In this document: in pieces, positions 35,156-44,941 of the stretch
Layout of the letters: each line of letters begins with the position of its first letter
Numbering within the stretch: position 1 is the stretch's first letter
From: a virus
Taxonomy: Duplodnaviria; Caudoviricetes
Strand: one strand, 5' to 3'
Virus record (IMG/VR): IMGVR_UViG_3300023222_000219
Location: 1 to 54,179 of that record
DNA: 54,179 nt
Program-made: the position numbers and the translations under genes
Notes under the pieces: generated by a model
Databases searched by the model: none
Told to the model about the DNA's origin: nothing
The model's input: the letters and a program-made list of their open reading frames with translations, nothing else

Positions 35156-37642
35156 ATGAAACAATTTCTAGAAAAAAGTAGCGTCTTACTTTTACATGAT
35201 ATCGACGGAAAAACTGGCAAAGAATGGGATGTTGTTCTCATTGAATCCGGACTGTCTTTAAACAATAGATTTTATTCAAACGAAGTATTGGAAAGAAGTG
35301 TTAGTCTTTTTGAAGGTGTCAAATGTTGCGCTTTCTTAGAGGGTAATGAACTTAATCACCGCAATCAAAACAATGCTCGAAGAAATCCTTCCGGACCATC
35401 ACGGAATACCGTTGGTTGGTTTGAAAATGTAAGATTTGAAGAATTTCAAAGACCTGACGGCACAAAAGGTCACGGTATCATTGCGAGATTTCACATTCTA
35501 CCTAGTCAAACATGGTTAATGGAAGACTTGAAAGATTCCTTTAGCCATGGAAAATCCGATTTATTAGGTTTTTCTATAGACGCTCACGGCGAATCGCGTG
35601 GCGGAATGATTAACGGAAAAGAAGCTCTTATTGTTGAAAAAATCACACAAGTTGAATCAACCGACGTTGTCACGAGTCCAGCAGCCGGAGGCGGTGTTCT
35701 CCGCATTGCTGCAAGTGAAGAAAAGGGAAATCAAGGTATGAAAAATATTAAAAAATTTGCCGAGAAACTTGGAATTAAACAAAAAGAAGGTGAGAGTGAC
35801 GAAGATTTCACTTCAAGAGTTTTAGAGGCAAAAGTTCCTTTAAAAGAAGAAAACCCGCTTGGCGATTTCATACGAAAAATTTCTGAAGAAAAAGGCATTT
35901 CGACAACCGTCTTAGCCGAAACAGCAGATTTAGACAAAGGTCAATTGGCTTTAATTATGAGTGGAAAAATAAAACGACCACCAGACGCAAGACTTAAAAA
36001 AATGGCTGCCTCTTTGGGGGTCTCATTCGAAGAACTTAAAAACAAAATCCCCGAAAGCGTCAAAGAAGTTGACGGAGCATTTATAACTGATCATGAAACG
36101 GAGTTTGAAATGAAAACTAAAGAAGAAATTAAAGAAGCTGAAAAGAAGCTTGCAGAAGATCAAAAGGCTTCAAGAATTAAAGACGGCGAACTCCTGGTCA
36201 GAGAATGTTTGATTGGGTCTGATTTGCCCGAAAAAGCAAAAGAAAAAATAACAGAAAAATTTAAAGACAAAGAAGACGTCACGGAAGATCAAATTAAAGA
36301 GGCCATTAAGTCTGAAAAAGAATACATTGCTTCTTTTAAAGAAGGAACAGGCAAGGTCAATGGCCTTGGTGATGCTCATGATGACAACGCAGATGACGCA
36401 ACACGTATTAAAGTAAGTGAAAGTCAAAATGAAAAATTCGGCAAAGCTTGGGACGGATTCTATGAAGGCGAAAATATTGACGGAGTTCCAAAATTCCATA
36501 ATTTGAATGAAGCTTGGAGAGCATACAACGAAAACAATAAAAATGCACATGGAAGCCGCGAATTCGTGTCTCTCAATATTTTTGAATGCATGCACCGGTC
36601 TTTCCCGAAAAAAATTATGTATGATTTCGGTGACCCTTATGTCCAGCATGCACAAAAACTAAAAGAAAGTTGGGATCGAGGATCTTCCGATTGTTTGCAG
36701 GAGGCAACGATAACAAGCGATTTTGCCGTGGGTTTTGGTCAAGCTATGTTTCGCAGATTGCAAAAAGAATACACTCAAGATCCTAGAAACGATTGGCGTC
36801 AAATCATTTCAGGCATTGAAAACCTTCAAGACGCAACAAACACATTCTCAATTGTTAGAACTGGTGAAACAAAAGAATTGCCAGTTGTTGGACAAGGTGC
36901 GCCATACCAAGAATTACACCCAGACAGAGCGGAAGAGGTTGAAGTTATCCAGCCTTCTAAACGTGGTGGCTTGGAAGTCGTGACCTGGGAAGACGTTTTG
37001 GCAGACAACATCGGGATTGTTAAAAAGATTCCAAGAAATTTGGCCAGAGCATCAAACCTAACCATTCATAAATTGGTTTGGGATCAAATTGAATTAAATC
37101 CAAACATGCAAGACGGTTTTGCTTTGTTTGATGACACAAATCACAGTAACGATTTGTCAGGAGCGGGGGCGCTTTCATATGCAAACTCAGTTCTCTCAAT
37201 AGTAAAATTACGGAATCAATTGGCCTTTGAATCAGGCGAAAAGCTTGGATTAATGCCAGCGTGGTTATTCACTTCAGTTGATCAAGAAGCTAAAGGTGAA
37301 GAAATCATTGGTTCAGACAGAAAAGAAACTTCGTCAGAAGACGCTACAATCGATAACGTTTTGAAAAAGAAATTTCTCATGCGAGCACTTGGAACGATTG
37401 GTCTTGGAAGAACTTCCGGAACCAAAAATTTCTGGTATATCGCTGCAAGCGGTAAAGACGCTGACACAATTGCCGTTGGTTTCTTGGGTGGTCGTGATAG
37501 ACCTGACATTTTCGTCCAAGGTGTTGACACTCCGACAGCCGGATCAATGTTTGATGCAGACAAAATAACTTACAAAATAAGATTAGTTGTAGGCGCAAGA
37601 GTTGTGGACCACCGTTGGATTCAACGCTCTGCAAACGTGTAA
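35156..37642 (+). CDS. Fused prohead protease - HTH - scaffold - major capsid protein (Mu gpT-like C-domain)
   Basis: G.S.NNRFY, GFSI, STDVVTSPAAGG protease; coiled scaffold; LP.V..GAPY.E, KRGG...VTWE..LAD, D.ITYKIR....RVVDHR capsid motifs. Confidence 0.85.
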   Translation: MKQFLEKSSVLLLHDIDGKTGKEWDVVLIESGLSLNNRFYSNEVLERSVSLFEGVKCCAFLEGNELNHRNQNNARRNPSGPSRNTVGWFENVRFEEFQRPDGTKGHGIIARFHILPSQTWLMEDLKDSFSHGKSDLLGFSIDAHGESRGGMINGKEALIVEKITQVESTDVVTSPAAGGGVLRIAASEEKGNQGMKNIKKFAEKLGIKQKEGESDEDFTSRVLEAKVPLKEENPLGDFIRKISEEKGISTTVLAETADLDKGQLALIMSGKIKRPPDARLKKMAASLGVSFEELKNKIPESVKEVDGAFITDHETEFEMKTKEEIKEAEKKLAEDQKASRIKDGELLVRECLIGSDLPEKAKEKITEKFKDKEDVTEDQIKEAIKSEKEYIASFKEGTGKVNGLGDAHDDNADDATRIKVSESQNEKFGKAWDGFYEGENIDGVPKFHNLNEAWRAYNENNKNAHGSREFVSLNIFECMHRSFPKKIMYDFGDPYVQHAQKLKESWDRGSSDCLQEATITSDFAVGFGQAMFRRLQKEYTQDPRNDWRQIISGIENLQDATNTFSIVRTGETKELPVVGQGAPYQELHPDRAEEVEVIQPSKRGGLEVVTWEDVLADNIGIVKKIPRNLARASNLTIHKLVWDQIELNPNMQDGFALFDDTNHSNDLSGAGALSYANSVLSIVKLRNQLAFESGEKLGLMPAWLFTSVDQEAKGEEIIGSDRKETSSEDATIDNVLKKKFLMRALGTIGLGRTSGTKNFWYIAASGKDADTIAVGFLGGRDRPDIFVQGVDTPTAGSMFDADKITYKIRLVVGARVVDHRWIQRSANV

Positions 37643-37672
37643 TCCTAAACAGAACGGAAGGAATTAGAAAAG

Positions 37673-38110
37673 ATGGGTAAAAGCAATAAAATAGCAGACC
37701 TTCATGGGAATCATGTAGCGCAAGCGCGGACAATTCTTGTAGCCTTGGGCGCAGATGAAGAGTCCACAATTTGGCAAAACTTGACCGGAAAGCAAATCAA
37801 AATCACCAGTGTCAAATGGATTCCTGATACAGACGTCACCGGAGCCGCAACAAATAACTTTATTATTGGCCTTGTCAATAAAGAATTGTTAGGTGTTGGT
37901 GTGGTAGCGGTTACAGATCTTAAAACATATGCCAGCGGGATAGATTCCGTCGCTCACAAATCCGAAGATTTAACTCTTTCATCAACAGCCGCAAATTTGA
38001 TTGTTGAGGAAAATGAAGTTCTTTCTTTAGACAAAACGGAAAACGGAACCGGTTTTGCAATGCCTCCGGGCCTTGTTCAAATCACTTACGAACATTTAGC
38101 ACAAGGGTAA
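37673..38110 (+). CDS. Putative capsid decoration/cement protein
   Basis: Directly after MCP, beta-rich. Confidence 0.5.
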   Translation: MGKSNKIADLHGNHVAQARTILVALGADEESTIWQNLTGKQIKITSVKWIPDTDVTGAATNNFIIGLVNKELLGVGVVAVTDLKTYASGIDSVAHKSEDLTLSSTAANLIVEENEVLSLDKTENGTGFAMPPGLVQITYEHLAQG

Positions 38111-38116
38111 AAATCA

Positions 38117-38138
38117 GGGCCTCCTATTTTGGAGGCCC
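38117..38138. terminator. Hairpin after capsid genes
   Basis: GGGCCTCC / GGAGGCCC perfect stem; no clear U-run. Confidence 0.5.
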
Positions 38139-38161
38139 ATAAATTCAAATCAGGGGCATAA

Positions 38162-38518
38162 ATGAGTCAAGCTCGCGAAGTCGTACCAGATCTTTTATTA
38201 CCTCTTGTCACGCAAGACGGCAACCTAAGTACAAAAGAACTTGGTAACAAATCAGCTAAAACAATTGAATTTTGGGTCGATGTACAGGCTTTAGGTGCGA
38301 GTGGTAATTATGATCTCAATTTCCAAACTTCAGTTGTAGAAAAAGACGGCGGAGCGACGAAATTTGTAACACAAGAAACAATAAATGTTATCGCAACGGG
38401 TGTCGTCGTTGTTATCTTAAACAGAATCGATCATGCATTAGGTCAAAAATACAGAGTCAATCTTGTTAAAAATACCACAACCATAACACTTGAAATAAAA
38501 ACGGTCATTCTGGAATAA
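38162..38518 (+). CDS. Putative virion protein
   Basis: Beta-rich, within the head cluster. Confidence 0.55.
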   Translation: MSQAREVVPDLLLPLVTQDGNLSTKELGNKSAKTIEFWVDVQALGASGNYDLNFQTSVVEKDGGATKFVTQETINVIATGVVVVILNRIDHALGQKYRVNLVKNTTTITLEIKTVILE

Positions 38519-38531
38519 AGGAGGTTCCTCA

Positions 38532-39506
38532 ATGGCATTTAAACTCTTAGACGCACAAAATCGTGTAGTTTTGTTCATTAAAGATGTCGCTCCTTTTTTA
38601 ATCGCCGGTGATACAGATTTAGCTATCACAGTTGCAATTCAAGAATTAAACAAAGATAAACCTTTAAATGACGTTTCAGACATTCCAGGTGATGGAACTC
38701 AAGACTATAGATTGCCAGCCGCTTTTGTAAAAGGAATCTCTGACGTTTCACAAGTTGAATCGCCGGCCGGTCGAACACCAGTATTAATTAGACCACGAAA
38801 TGACGATTGGTTTCTCTACGAAGATCCAACATTTGCAGACAATAAAAGACAAAGATTGAGATTCAATCAATTTCAACCAAGTGCAACCAATGTTCTCGAA
38901 GCTTTGGACGTTGATACAATATTATTCCAATCTGGAAACACCATTAGATATACATTTAATGGATCCCCGGATTTAACCTTAATCAAGCTCAATGACGTTC
39001 TTTTTGCCGAAAGCTCAACGAATGCCGATAATGACGGAAGTTTTTATATAAGCGACATTAATGATCCGGGTGATTTTATTGAAGTCACGAATGATTTAAG
39101 GGAAGACGACGCATTAGATGAAGCTTCAGATAGTCCATCTACCGTAAAATTAAGAACGGTGGAAACAATCCGAATCTCATTTAATAGTGTTCATTTCATT
39201 AACTTAACGACTTCTTCTTTAAATGAGACAACATTAAACGCAGTTTGTTATTTGGCAACTTCGTTATTGTGTTATTCGCTTTCAAATCTAATGAATGAAT
39301 CTGTAAACAGGCAAATTGACGCCGATAGTGTTGATTATGCTATCAAAGGCCAAAACTTCAGACAGACAGCTAAAGACTTTCAAGCTAAATATGAAATGAT
39401 CGTCGGTCTTAGGGGAGACATTAAAGCGGCTCAGGCATTGGTTGAAGCAGATATTAAATTTTCTCATGGTGAAGACTTTATTTTTCACCCAACGATAAGA
39501 AGATAA
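38532..39506 (+). CDS. Head-tail adaptor with inserted domain
   Basis: Position; AV.YLA...LC, I.ADSVDY..K...F C-terminal pattern; unusually long. Confidence 0.55.
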   Translation: MAFKLLDAQNRVVLFIKDVAPFLIAGDTDLAITVAIQELNKDKPLNDVSDIPGDGTQDYRLPAAFVKGISDVSQVESPAGRTPVLIRPRNDDWFLYEDPTFADNKRQRLRFNQFQPSATNVLEALDVDTILFQSGNTIRYTFNGSPDLTLIKLNDVLFAESSTNADNDGSFYISDINDPGDFIEVTNDLREDDALDEASDSPSTVKLRTVETIRISFNSVHFINLTTSSLNETTLNAVCYLATSLLCYSLSNLMNESVNRQIDADSVDYAIKGQNFRQTAKDFQAKYEMIVGLRGDIKAAQALVEADIKFSHGEDFIFHPTIRR

Positions 39507-40015
39507 TGGCTAGTAAATTTACTATATCATTGGATAAAAGACCCCAAAACATACAAGGTCAAATTCCTTTTAATATCCAGATTGAAGAATATTCAAAGGC
39601 AGTTGCCGAAGGAATTGTTTTGATTCGTGGCGATTTCGTTCAAGAATCTCCCGTCGGCGGAACGGGCATTCTAAGAAACTCATGGATCACTGAAGGGCCG
39701 AACTTTTCAGGAAACACTATTAAAGGTGAGGTTGTCAGTTCAGTAATTCAAGCTCAAGTTGTTGACGGAGGAGCAAAAAGACATTTGCCACCTCACACAG
39801 AAGACTCAGGTCTTCATCAATGGGTGAGAAGAAAATTAAGAATAACCAATCGAACAAGGGCAAATAATGTAGCTTTTTTGATTTCTAGGAAAATTAAAAG
39901 AGACGGAATCAAAGCCAAAAGAACTTTCGTGAAATCATTTGAATCTGTTAAGCCTCAAATAGACGCAATGATGGAAAGAGCCAAAAATCGGACCGTCGCA
40001 AGGTTGGGTAAATAA
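39506..40015 (+). CDS. HK97 gp10-like neck/tail completion protein
   Basis: SPVGGTGILRNSW, G.K.H.PP, L.QWVRRK, I.RKI...G. Confidence 0.7.
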   Translation: MASKFTISLDKRPQNIQGQIPFNIQIEEYSKAVAEGIVLIRGDFVQESPVGGTGILRNSWITEGPNFSGNTIKGEVVSSVIQAQVVDGGAKRHLPPHTEDSGLHQWVRRKLRITNRTRANNVAFLISRKIKRDGIKAKRTFVKSFESVKPQIDAMMERAKNRTVARLGK

Positions 40016-40483
40016 ATGTCATATGAAACCATAATCGATCAAATCGCCATAATCTTAGACCAAGTCTCAGGAGCCGGAACAAAGATTCATAAATTCATAA
40101 GATCTACACAATTTTGGAACGAGTTTTTTGCTGAATATAAAGACGGCGGAAAGATATTAACTTGGGAGATTACTAGACTTGCAACGGCAGAGAAAGTTTG
40201 GAGCGTTCAGAATGCTGCAGGAAATGAACCAAATTTTCATGATACTCATAATTTTGCAATTGTTGGACGTATGTCTCTTGAAGATTCAACAGCGTCAGAG
40301 ACACTTTTTCAAAACATTCTTTCAGATATTCAAACCGAATTTAGAAAAAATAATGATCTGAATGGAACAGTCATAATTCCAAAACAATTACAAATAAGGT
40401 CAGTTGGCCATGCAAATTATGGTGGGGTATTAGTCCATCATGCAGCCCTTACATTTGAAGCAATCGAAAGAGTCGGAGGATAA
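40016..40483 (+). CDS. Tail terminator-like protein
   Basis: Position and size; GGVLVH.A.L C-terminus. Confidence 0.6.
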   Translation: MSYETIIDQIAIILDQVSGAGTKIHKFIRSTQFWNEFFAEYKDGGKILTWEITRLATAEKVWSVQNAAGNEPNFHDTHNFAIVGRMSLEDSTASETLFQNILSDIQTEFRKNNDLNGTVIIPKQLQIRSVGHANYGGVLVHHAALTFEAIERVGG

Positions 40484-40486
40484 ACG

Positions 40487-40657
40487 ATGTCAAAGAAAAG
40501 TGAAATCAAAAATAACAATACAAAATCCGGTTTTTGTCGAAAAGGTGGAAGCTGGACATATGACAAACAAGGAAAGCTTTTGGAAGGTCCAGGGACAGCC
40601 AAAGCCAAAACACAAGAAGCTAAAAAATCAACCAAAGAAGACGATGGGGGTAAATAA
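40487..40657 (+). CDS. Small basic protein (not in ORF track)
   Basis: GGAGG RBS; 56 aa with GGSW; stop overlaps the tail-tube ATG. Confidence 0.55.
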   Translation: MSKKSEIKNNNTKSGFCRKGGSWTYDKQGKLLEGPGTAKAKTQEAKKSTKEDDGGK

Positions 40658-41613
40658 TGGTATTTTTAACTAAAAGACAGCAAATTGCTGCAAAAATTGA
40701 AGCCGTTGAAGGCACAGAAGAAACTTTAGCTGACGCTGACGTAATCGCTCCAATTTATAATCCTGAATATACAATTGATAATATTCAAAATGATCGTCTT
40801 GAAGTGGTTCAACCAAGCTTTTCAAGGCTTTCACAAGTTGCAGGTGAAATCAATGCAACCGTAACATTCTCAACCGAATTAAAAGGATCGGGAGTGGCAG
40901 GAACAGCGCCAGCACATTTAACCGATTTATTCAAAGCATGTGGCCTAAGTGAAACAATTGTTGCCTCAACAAGTGTGACATACGCTCCCGTAACTGAGGA
41001 TATTCCAACTATTACACTCGAACTTAGAGAAGGCGCTAATGATTCAGTGTTCAAATCTAAGATCTTAATTGGAGCCAGAGGAACAGTCAAATTGGTTGCC
41101 GTTAAGGGCGGAATCGTCATGTGCGAATTTGAATTTAAAGGCAAATATAAAGAGCCAACAGATACAGTCGCATTTGCTCAGCCTTCTCCCGGTGTTATTC
41201 CAAAGACATTTTTGGGAGTAGCTTTCAGTGTTCAGGGCGTAGGAACTTTGAATATTCAAAATCTTACAATTGACATGGCAAACGAAATAATTCACAGACC
41301 AGACGTCAATGAGGCGACGGGTTATTTATCTGCTTTATATGTTGGTAGAGCGCCAAAGGCTGAAGTCGATCCGGAGCAGGTCGCAGTTGCCACTATAAAT
41401 TTCTTCCTCAAAATAAGAGACAATTCAGAAGGAATTTTGACTTATGCCTTAATAGGGGCCGCTGGCAATATCATGACATTCTCAGCACCAAAAGCCCAAT
41501 TCATTAATCTCAGTGAAGGCGACAGTGATTCAATCCGCACAGAAGAAATGGAAATGTCATTGAATCAAAACGGAGACGAAGGAGATGATGAATTCACAAT
41601 CGTATTCACATAA
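40657..41613 (+). CDS. Major tail tube protein
   Basis: AKIE...G, ELKGSG.AGTAP..L..ACG, GARGTV, G.DE..I.FT. Confidence 0.85.
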   Translation: MVFLTKRQQIAAKIEAVEGTEETLADADVIAPIYNPEYTIDNIQNDRLEVVQPSFSRLSQVAGEINATVTFSTELKGSGVAGTAPAHLTDLFKACGLSETIVASTSVTYAPVTEDIPTITLELREGANDSVFKSKILIGARGTVKLVAVKGGIVMCEFEFKGKYKEPTDTVAFAQPSPGVIPKTFLGVAFSVQGVGTLNIQNLTIDMANEIIHRPDVNEATGYLSALYVGRAPKAEVDPEQVAVATINFFLKIRDNSEGILTYALIGAAGNIMTFSAPKAQFINLSEGDSDSIRTEEMEMSLNQNGDEGDDEFTIVFT

Positions 41614-41658
41614 ATAAAACACAACCGAATAAGACTAACCAGGAGCAAAGGAGCAAAT

Positions 41659-42033
41659 ATGGAAATTCGGAATTTAGTAGAAGAAAGAAAGCCTAAAACA
41701 TACAAGATTGCTGATTGTGACGCGAAATTGTTAATTGTCGAGCCAAAGCCGAAGGAGCTCACGGAATTACGAAAGCAATGCACTTATAAAAATCGTGGTT
41801 CAAGATCTTTAGGGTCAAATTTAAACGAAAAAAGATTTAATGAAGCCCTTATGGATAAATTTATCGTTGGGTGGGAGGCAATAAAATTAGACGGCAAAGA
41901 TCTTGAATGCAATTTAAAAAACAAAATTATTTGCGATGACAATTGGACACAATTTAGTGAATGTTGGAACAATGTTATTGGAGGGTTTGAAGAGGCGGAA
42001 GAAGAAGAGGCGGAGGCAGAAGTAAAAAACTAA
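41659..42033 (+). CDS. Tail assembly chaperone
   Basis: Between tube and tape measure; IVGWE.I...G..LEC...NK; ends in a slippery site. Confidence 0.8.
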   Translation: MEIRNLVEERKPKTYKIADCDAKLLIVEPKPKELTELRKQCTYKNRGSRSLGSNLNEKRFNEALMDKFIVGWEAIKLDGKDLECNLKNKIICDDNWTQFSECWNNVIGGFEEAEEEEAEAEVKN

Positions 42034-42416
42034 CTACCTGGGCAGAGTTTAACTATGCTCAGGAGAATAGAGGCAATATTCAACATTGTGGCTATTGTCA
42101 ACGAGGGGTTGAAGGTGTTTCATGTTTGCGAGATGTAAATGACAATGGATTGTGTCCAATTGAAGACGAATCTCCTTTACTTTGGGACGAAAACCAAATC
42201 ATTCTTCATTTATATATTCAAGCAATGCAAACAGCAAAATCTATTAATGGCGAAGATAAAGACGTTTTTTATGTCCAACCTTCAGACCTGGATACGCTAA
42301 TGAATTTTTCTCAGATAGAGGAAGACGACAAAAAGGAAGTCATGGACAGGGTGATGATAATTCAAGGTATCGCAAACGATCAAAGACCAAACAGGCCAAA
42401 GCGTAGGACTAAATAA
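42024..42416 (+). CDS. -1 frameshift extension of the tail chaperone (gpGT-like)
   Basis: A AAA AAC at 42024-42030; the -1 frame is open from there (KKLTTWAEF...) into ORF 42126-42416. Confidence 0.75.
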   Translation, partial: KKLTTWAEFNYAQENRGNIQHCGYCQRGVEGVSCLRDVNDNGLCPIEDESPLLWDENQIILHLYIQAMQTAKSINGEDKDVFYVQPSDLDTLMNFSQIEEDDKKEVMDRVMIIQGIANDQRPNRPKRRTK

Positions 42417-44941
42417 TGGATCTTAGATACTTACTCACGGTTGATGATCTCGGCACACCCAGTATCAAGAAATTTGATAGTGCCATTGATAAATCTGCCG
42501 ATAATACCAAAAAAGCTTCTAAGAAAATTGGCAAAGCATTTAGGGCTATTGGAAACGCTGGAAAAAAAGCGGCTAAGGCAATCGGACTCGTTGCAATCGC
42601 CGCAGTTGCCTTGGCCAGCTTTGCTCTTTTCAAACTTGGGAAAGCTTCTCTTAAACTTGCTTCTGACTTTGCCGAAGTTGAACAGAAGTTTAATGTTGTT
42701 TTCAAATCCATTCAAGATGAAGCCAATAAAACTGCGGACAATTTAGCCGAAAACTTTGGCCTCTCAAATAAGGCAGCCAAACAGTTACTTGGAGGCACAG
42801 GAGATTTACTGACAGGCTTTGGATTCGCAGACAAAGCGGCATTGGACCTTTCTAATAAAGTTCAAGAATTAGCGGTCGATTTGGCTAGTTTTAACAATCT
42901 TCAAGGCGGGGCAACGAGAGCGTCAGAGATCTTAACCAAAGCCTTACTTGGTGAAAGAGATTCGTTAATTGCGGTTGGAGCCAAAATCTTAGAGGCTGAT
43001 TTGCAGCAAAGATTATTGATTAATGGAACAAACAAATTGACAGGCGTAGCGTTACTCGCCGCGAAAGCTGAAGCTACATTTGCATTGATTTTAGAACAAA
43101 CCATAAAAGCTCAAGATGACTTTGCTAGAAGTAGCGGCAGCCTAGAAAATCAACAAAAAACCCTAGCTTCTAGAATTGAAGACTTACAAGTTGCAATTGG
43201 TAAAAACTTAATTCCTGTCATGCAAGGTTTCACAGCTCAACTGATAAAGGTTGCCAATAGATCTACTAAATGGATAAAAGCCAACGATAAATTAGTCAAA
43301 TCAGGAGTCGTCGAATTCGCAAAACTATTTGCAAATGCTGTATTTTTTATAGCCGACGCTGTATTGTTTGCTATTAAGAAATTCAACTTCTTTTTGGCAG
43401 GATTGAAATTTCTAAAAGCCGCACTTATTGACTTGAAAATTATTATTCTTACATTTGCCAGAATCGTTTTGCTTTCATTTTCAGAAATAGGAAAATCTAT
43501 TGTTCAATTCTTTCAAGACCCTATAGATACAATTAAACGGCAATTTATAAAGTTTTCATTATTTATAAATAGACAATTGTTAAAAGCGGCTAAATTTGGA
43601 AAAGCGGTTTTGCCCGAAGGGACCGTTGATTTTGTGCGAAGGAATGTTAAGACACTGGAATTTCAACTTGGAAAAATGGGAGAGGCCGCTTCAGATGGCA
43701 CTAATGCAGTTAGCACAGCCTTTGAAAAAATGGCACTGGGAATTGATGCAAACATAGCAATTTCAAAAAAACAAGTAAAAGAGAATATAAAATCTGGAGT
43801 ATCTTATTTTAAATTGGGAGAATCAACGGATAAGTTCAGAGAAAAACTATCTTCTTTAAATGATGAAGTTATAAAAAACATTGATTTAACCTCAAAAACA
43901 CCGGACAAGGTTGTTGCCGCAAAATCTGCAAACATTCCAAGTACAGATCCTAAGTTCATTCAACAACAATTGGCAGCCGAAAGAGCGGCAGCAGCCGAAG
44001 CGGCAAAGATCGAAGATGAACGTAAAAAAAAGATATTTGAAAGCGCAAAAGAAATAAGTGCATTTCTTTCAACAGAAAATGAACTTAGATTTGCCGAAAT
44101 TGAAGCAAACTCAACTAAGCAACTTCAAGCAGCAGATTTTCTTAGAAGTCAAGATTTGACCGGAATACTTGAACATGAGGAAATTAAGAATGAAATTCGT
44201 TTACAGTCTCAATTACAAAGAGACGCTGTTCAAGTTGAGATTGAACAAAGGGAATTTGATAGAACAGTAGCTGTAAGAGAACAAGAATTGCAAAGCCTAT
44301 TAAGCCATGAACAGGCGTTATTTGATGCATCAGCAGGGGGATTATTTGCAAGAAACGCTCAATTTGTTAGGGCCAATCAGGAAAGATTAAAAGCATCCAG
44401 TAAAATTGTGGCCGCGGAGCAAAATGTAGAAAAAAAGAAAAGCGTTGCTTTAAGAGTCGGGGCTCAGCAACTTGGAGCAGCTTTGTTATCAATCGCTCAA
44501 ACTTCAGGTGGAAAATTATTTCAAATAGCCAAGGCTTTTGCAATCGCTGAAGCCGTGATAAACACATTTAGAGCCGTAAACGCAGCTTTAGCGGCTCCAC
44601 CAGGGCCACCACACACAATACCCGCGGCAATCGCGGCGGGTGTTTTTGGTTTTGCTCAGGTGGCATCAATTCAAGCAACTTCAGCAGGGGGAGGCGCTGG
44701 CGGTGCAGTTGGTGCGGGGTCAATTTCTGGTGGTGGTGGAAGTCCTGGGTCAGCTCCTGGTCCGGATCCTTTCGCCACACCAGTTTTGCCAGAAACGACA
44801 GAAAATCAACAGCAACTTGTAATTAATATAACGGGATCATTCATTGGCAATGAAGCTGAATTGGCAAGCAAATTGGCTGAAATCATTCAAGATGCGAGTG
44901 ACGATGATGTTGATTTTGGATTAACGGTTAGGGGCTCATAA
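42416..44941 (+). CDS. Tape measure protein
   Basis: 841 aa Ala-rich; ASDFAEVEQKFNVVF, LAVDLASFNN, AKAFAIAEAVINT. Confidence 0.9.
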   Translation: MDLRYLLTVDDLGTPSIKKFDSAIDKSADNTKKASKKIGKAFRAIGNAGKKAAKAIGLVAIAAVALASFALFKLGKASLKLASDFAEVEQKFNVVFKSIQDEANKTADNLAENFGLSNKAAKQLLGGTGDLLTGFGFADKAALDLSNKVQELAVDLASFNNLQGGATRASEILTKALLGERDSLIAVGAKILEADLQQRLLINGTNKLTGVALLAAKAEATFALILEQTIKAQDDFARSSGSLENQQKTLASRIEDLQVAIGKNLIPVMQGFTAQLIKVANRSTKWIKANDKLVKSGVVEFAKLFANAVFFIADAVLFAIKKFNFFLAGLKFLKAALIDLKIIILTFARIVLLSFSEIGKSIVQFFQDPIDTIKRQFIKFSLFINRQLLKAAKFGKAVLPEGTVDFVRRNVKTLEFQLGKMGEAASDGTNAVSTAFEKMALGIDANIAISKKQVKENIKSGVSYFKLGESTDKFREKLSSLNDEVIKNIDLTSKTPDKVVAAKSANIPSTDPKFIQQQLAAERAAAAEAAKIEDERKKKIFESAKEISAFLSTENELRFAEIEANSTKQLQAADFLRSQDLTGILEHEEIKNEIRLQSQLQRDAVQVEIEQREFDRTVAVREQELQSLLSHEQALFDASAGGLFARNAQFVRANQERLKASSKIVAAEQNVEKKKSVALRVGAQQLGAALLSIAQTSGGKLFQIAKAFAIAEAVINTFRAVNAALAAPPGPPHTIPAAIAAGVFGFAQVASIQATSAGGGAGGAVGAGSISGGGGSPGSAPGPDPFATPVLPETTENQQQLVINITGSFIGNEAELASKLAEIIQDASDDDVDFGLTVRGS

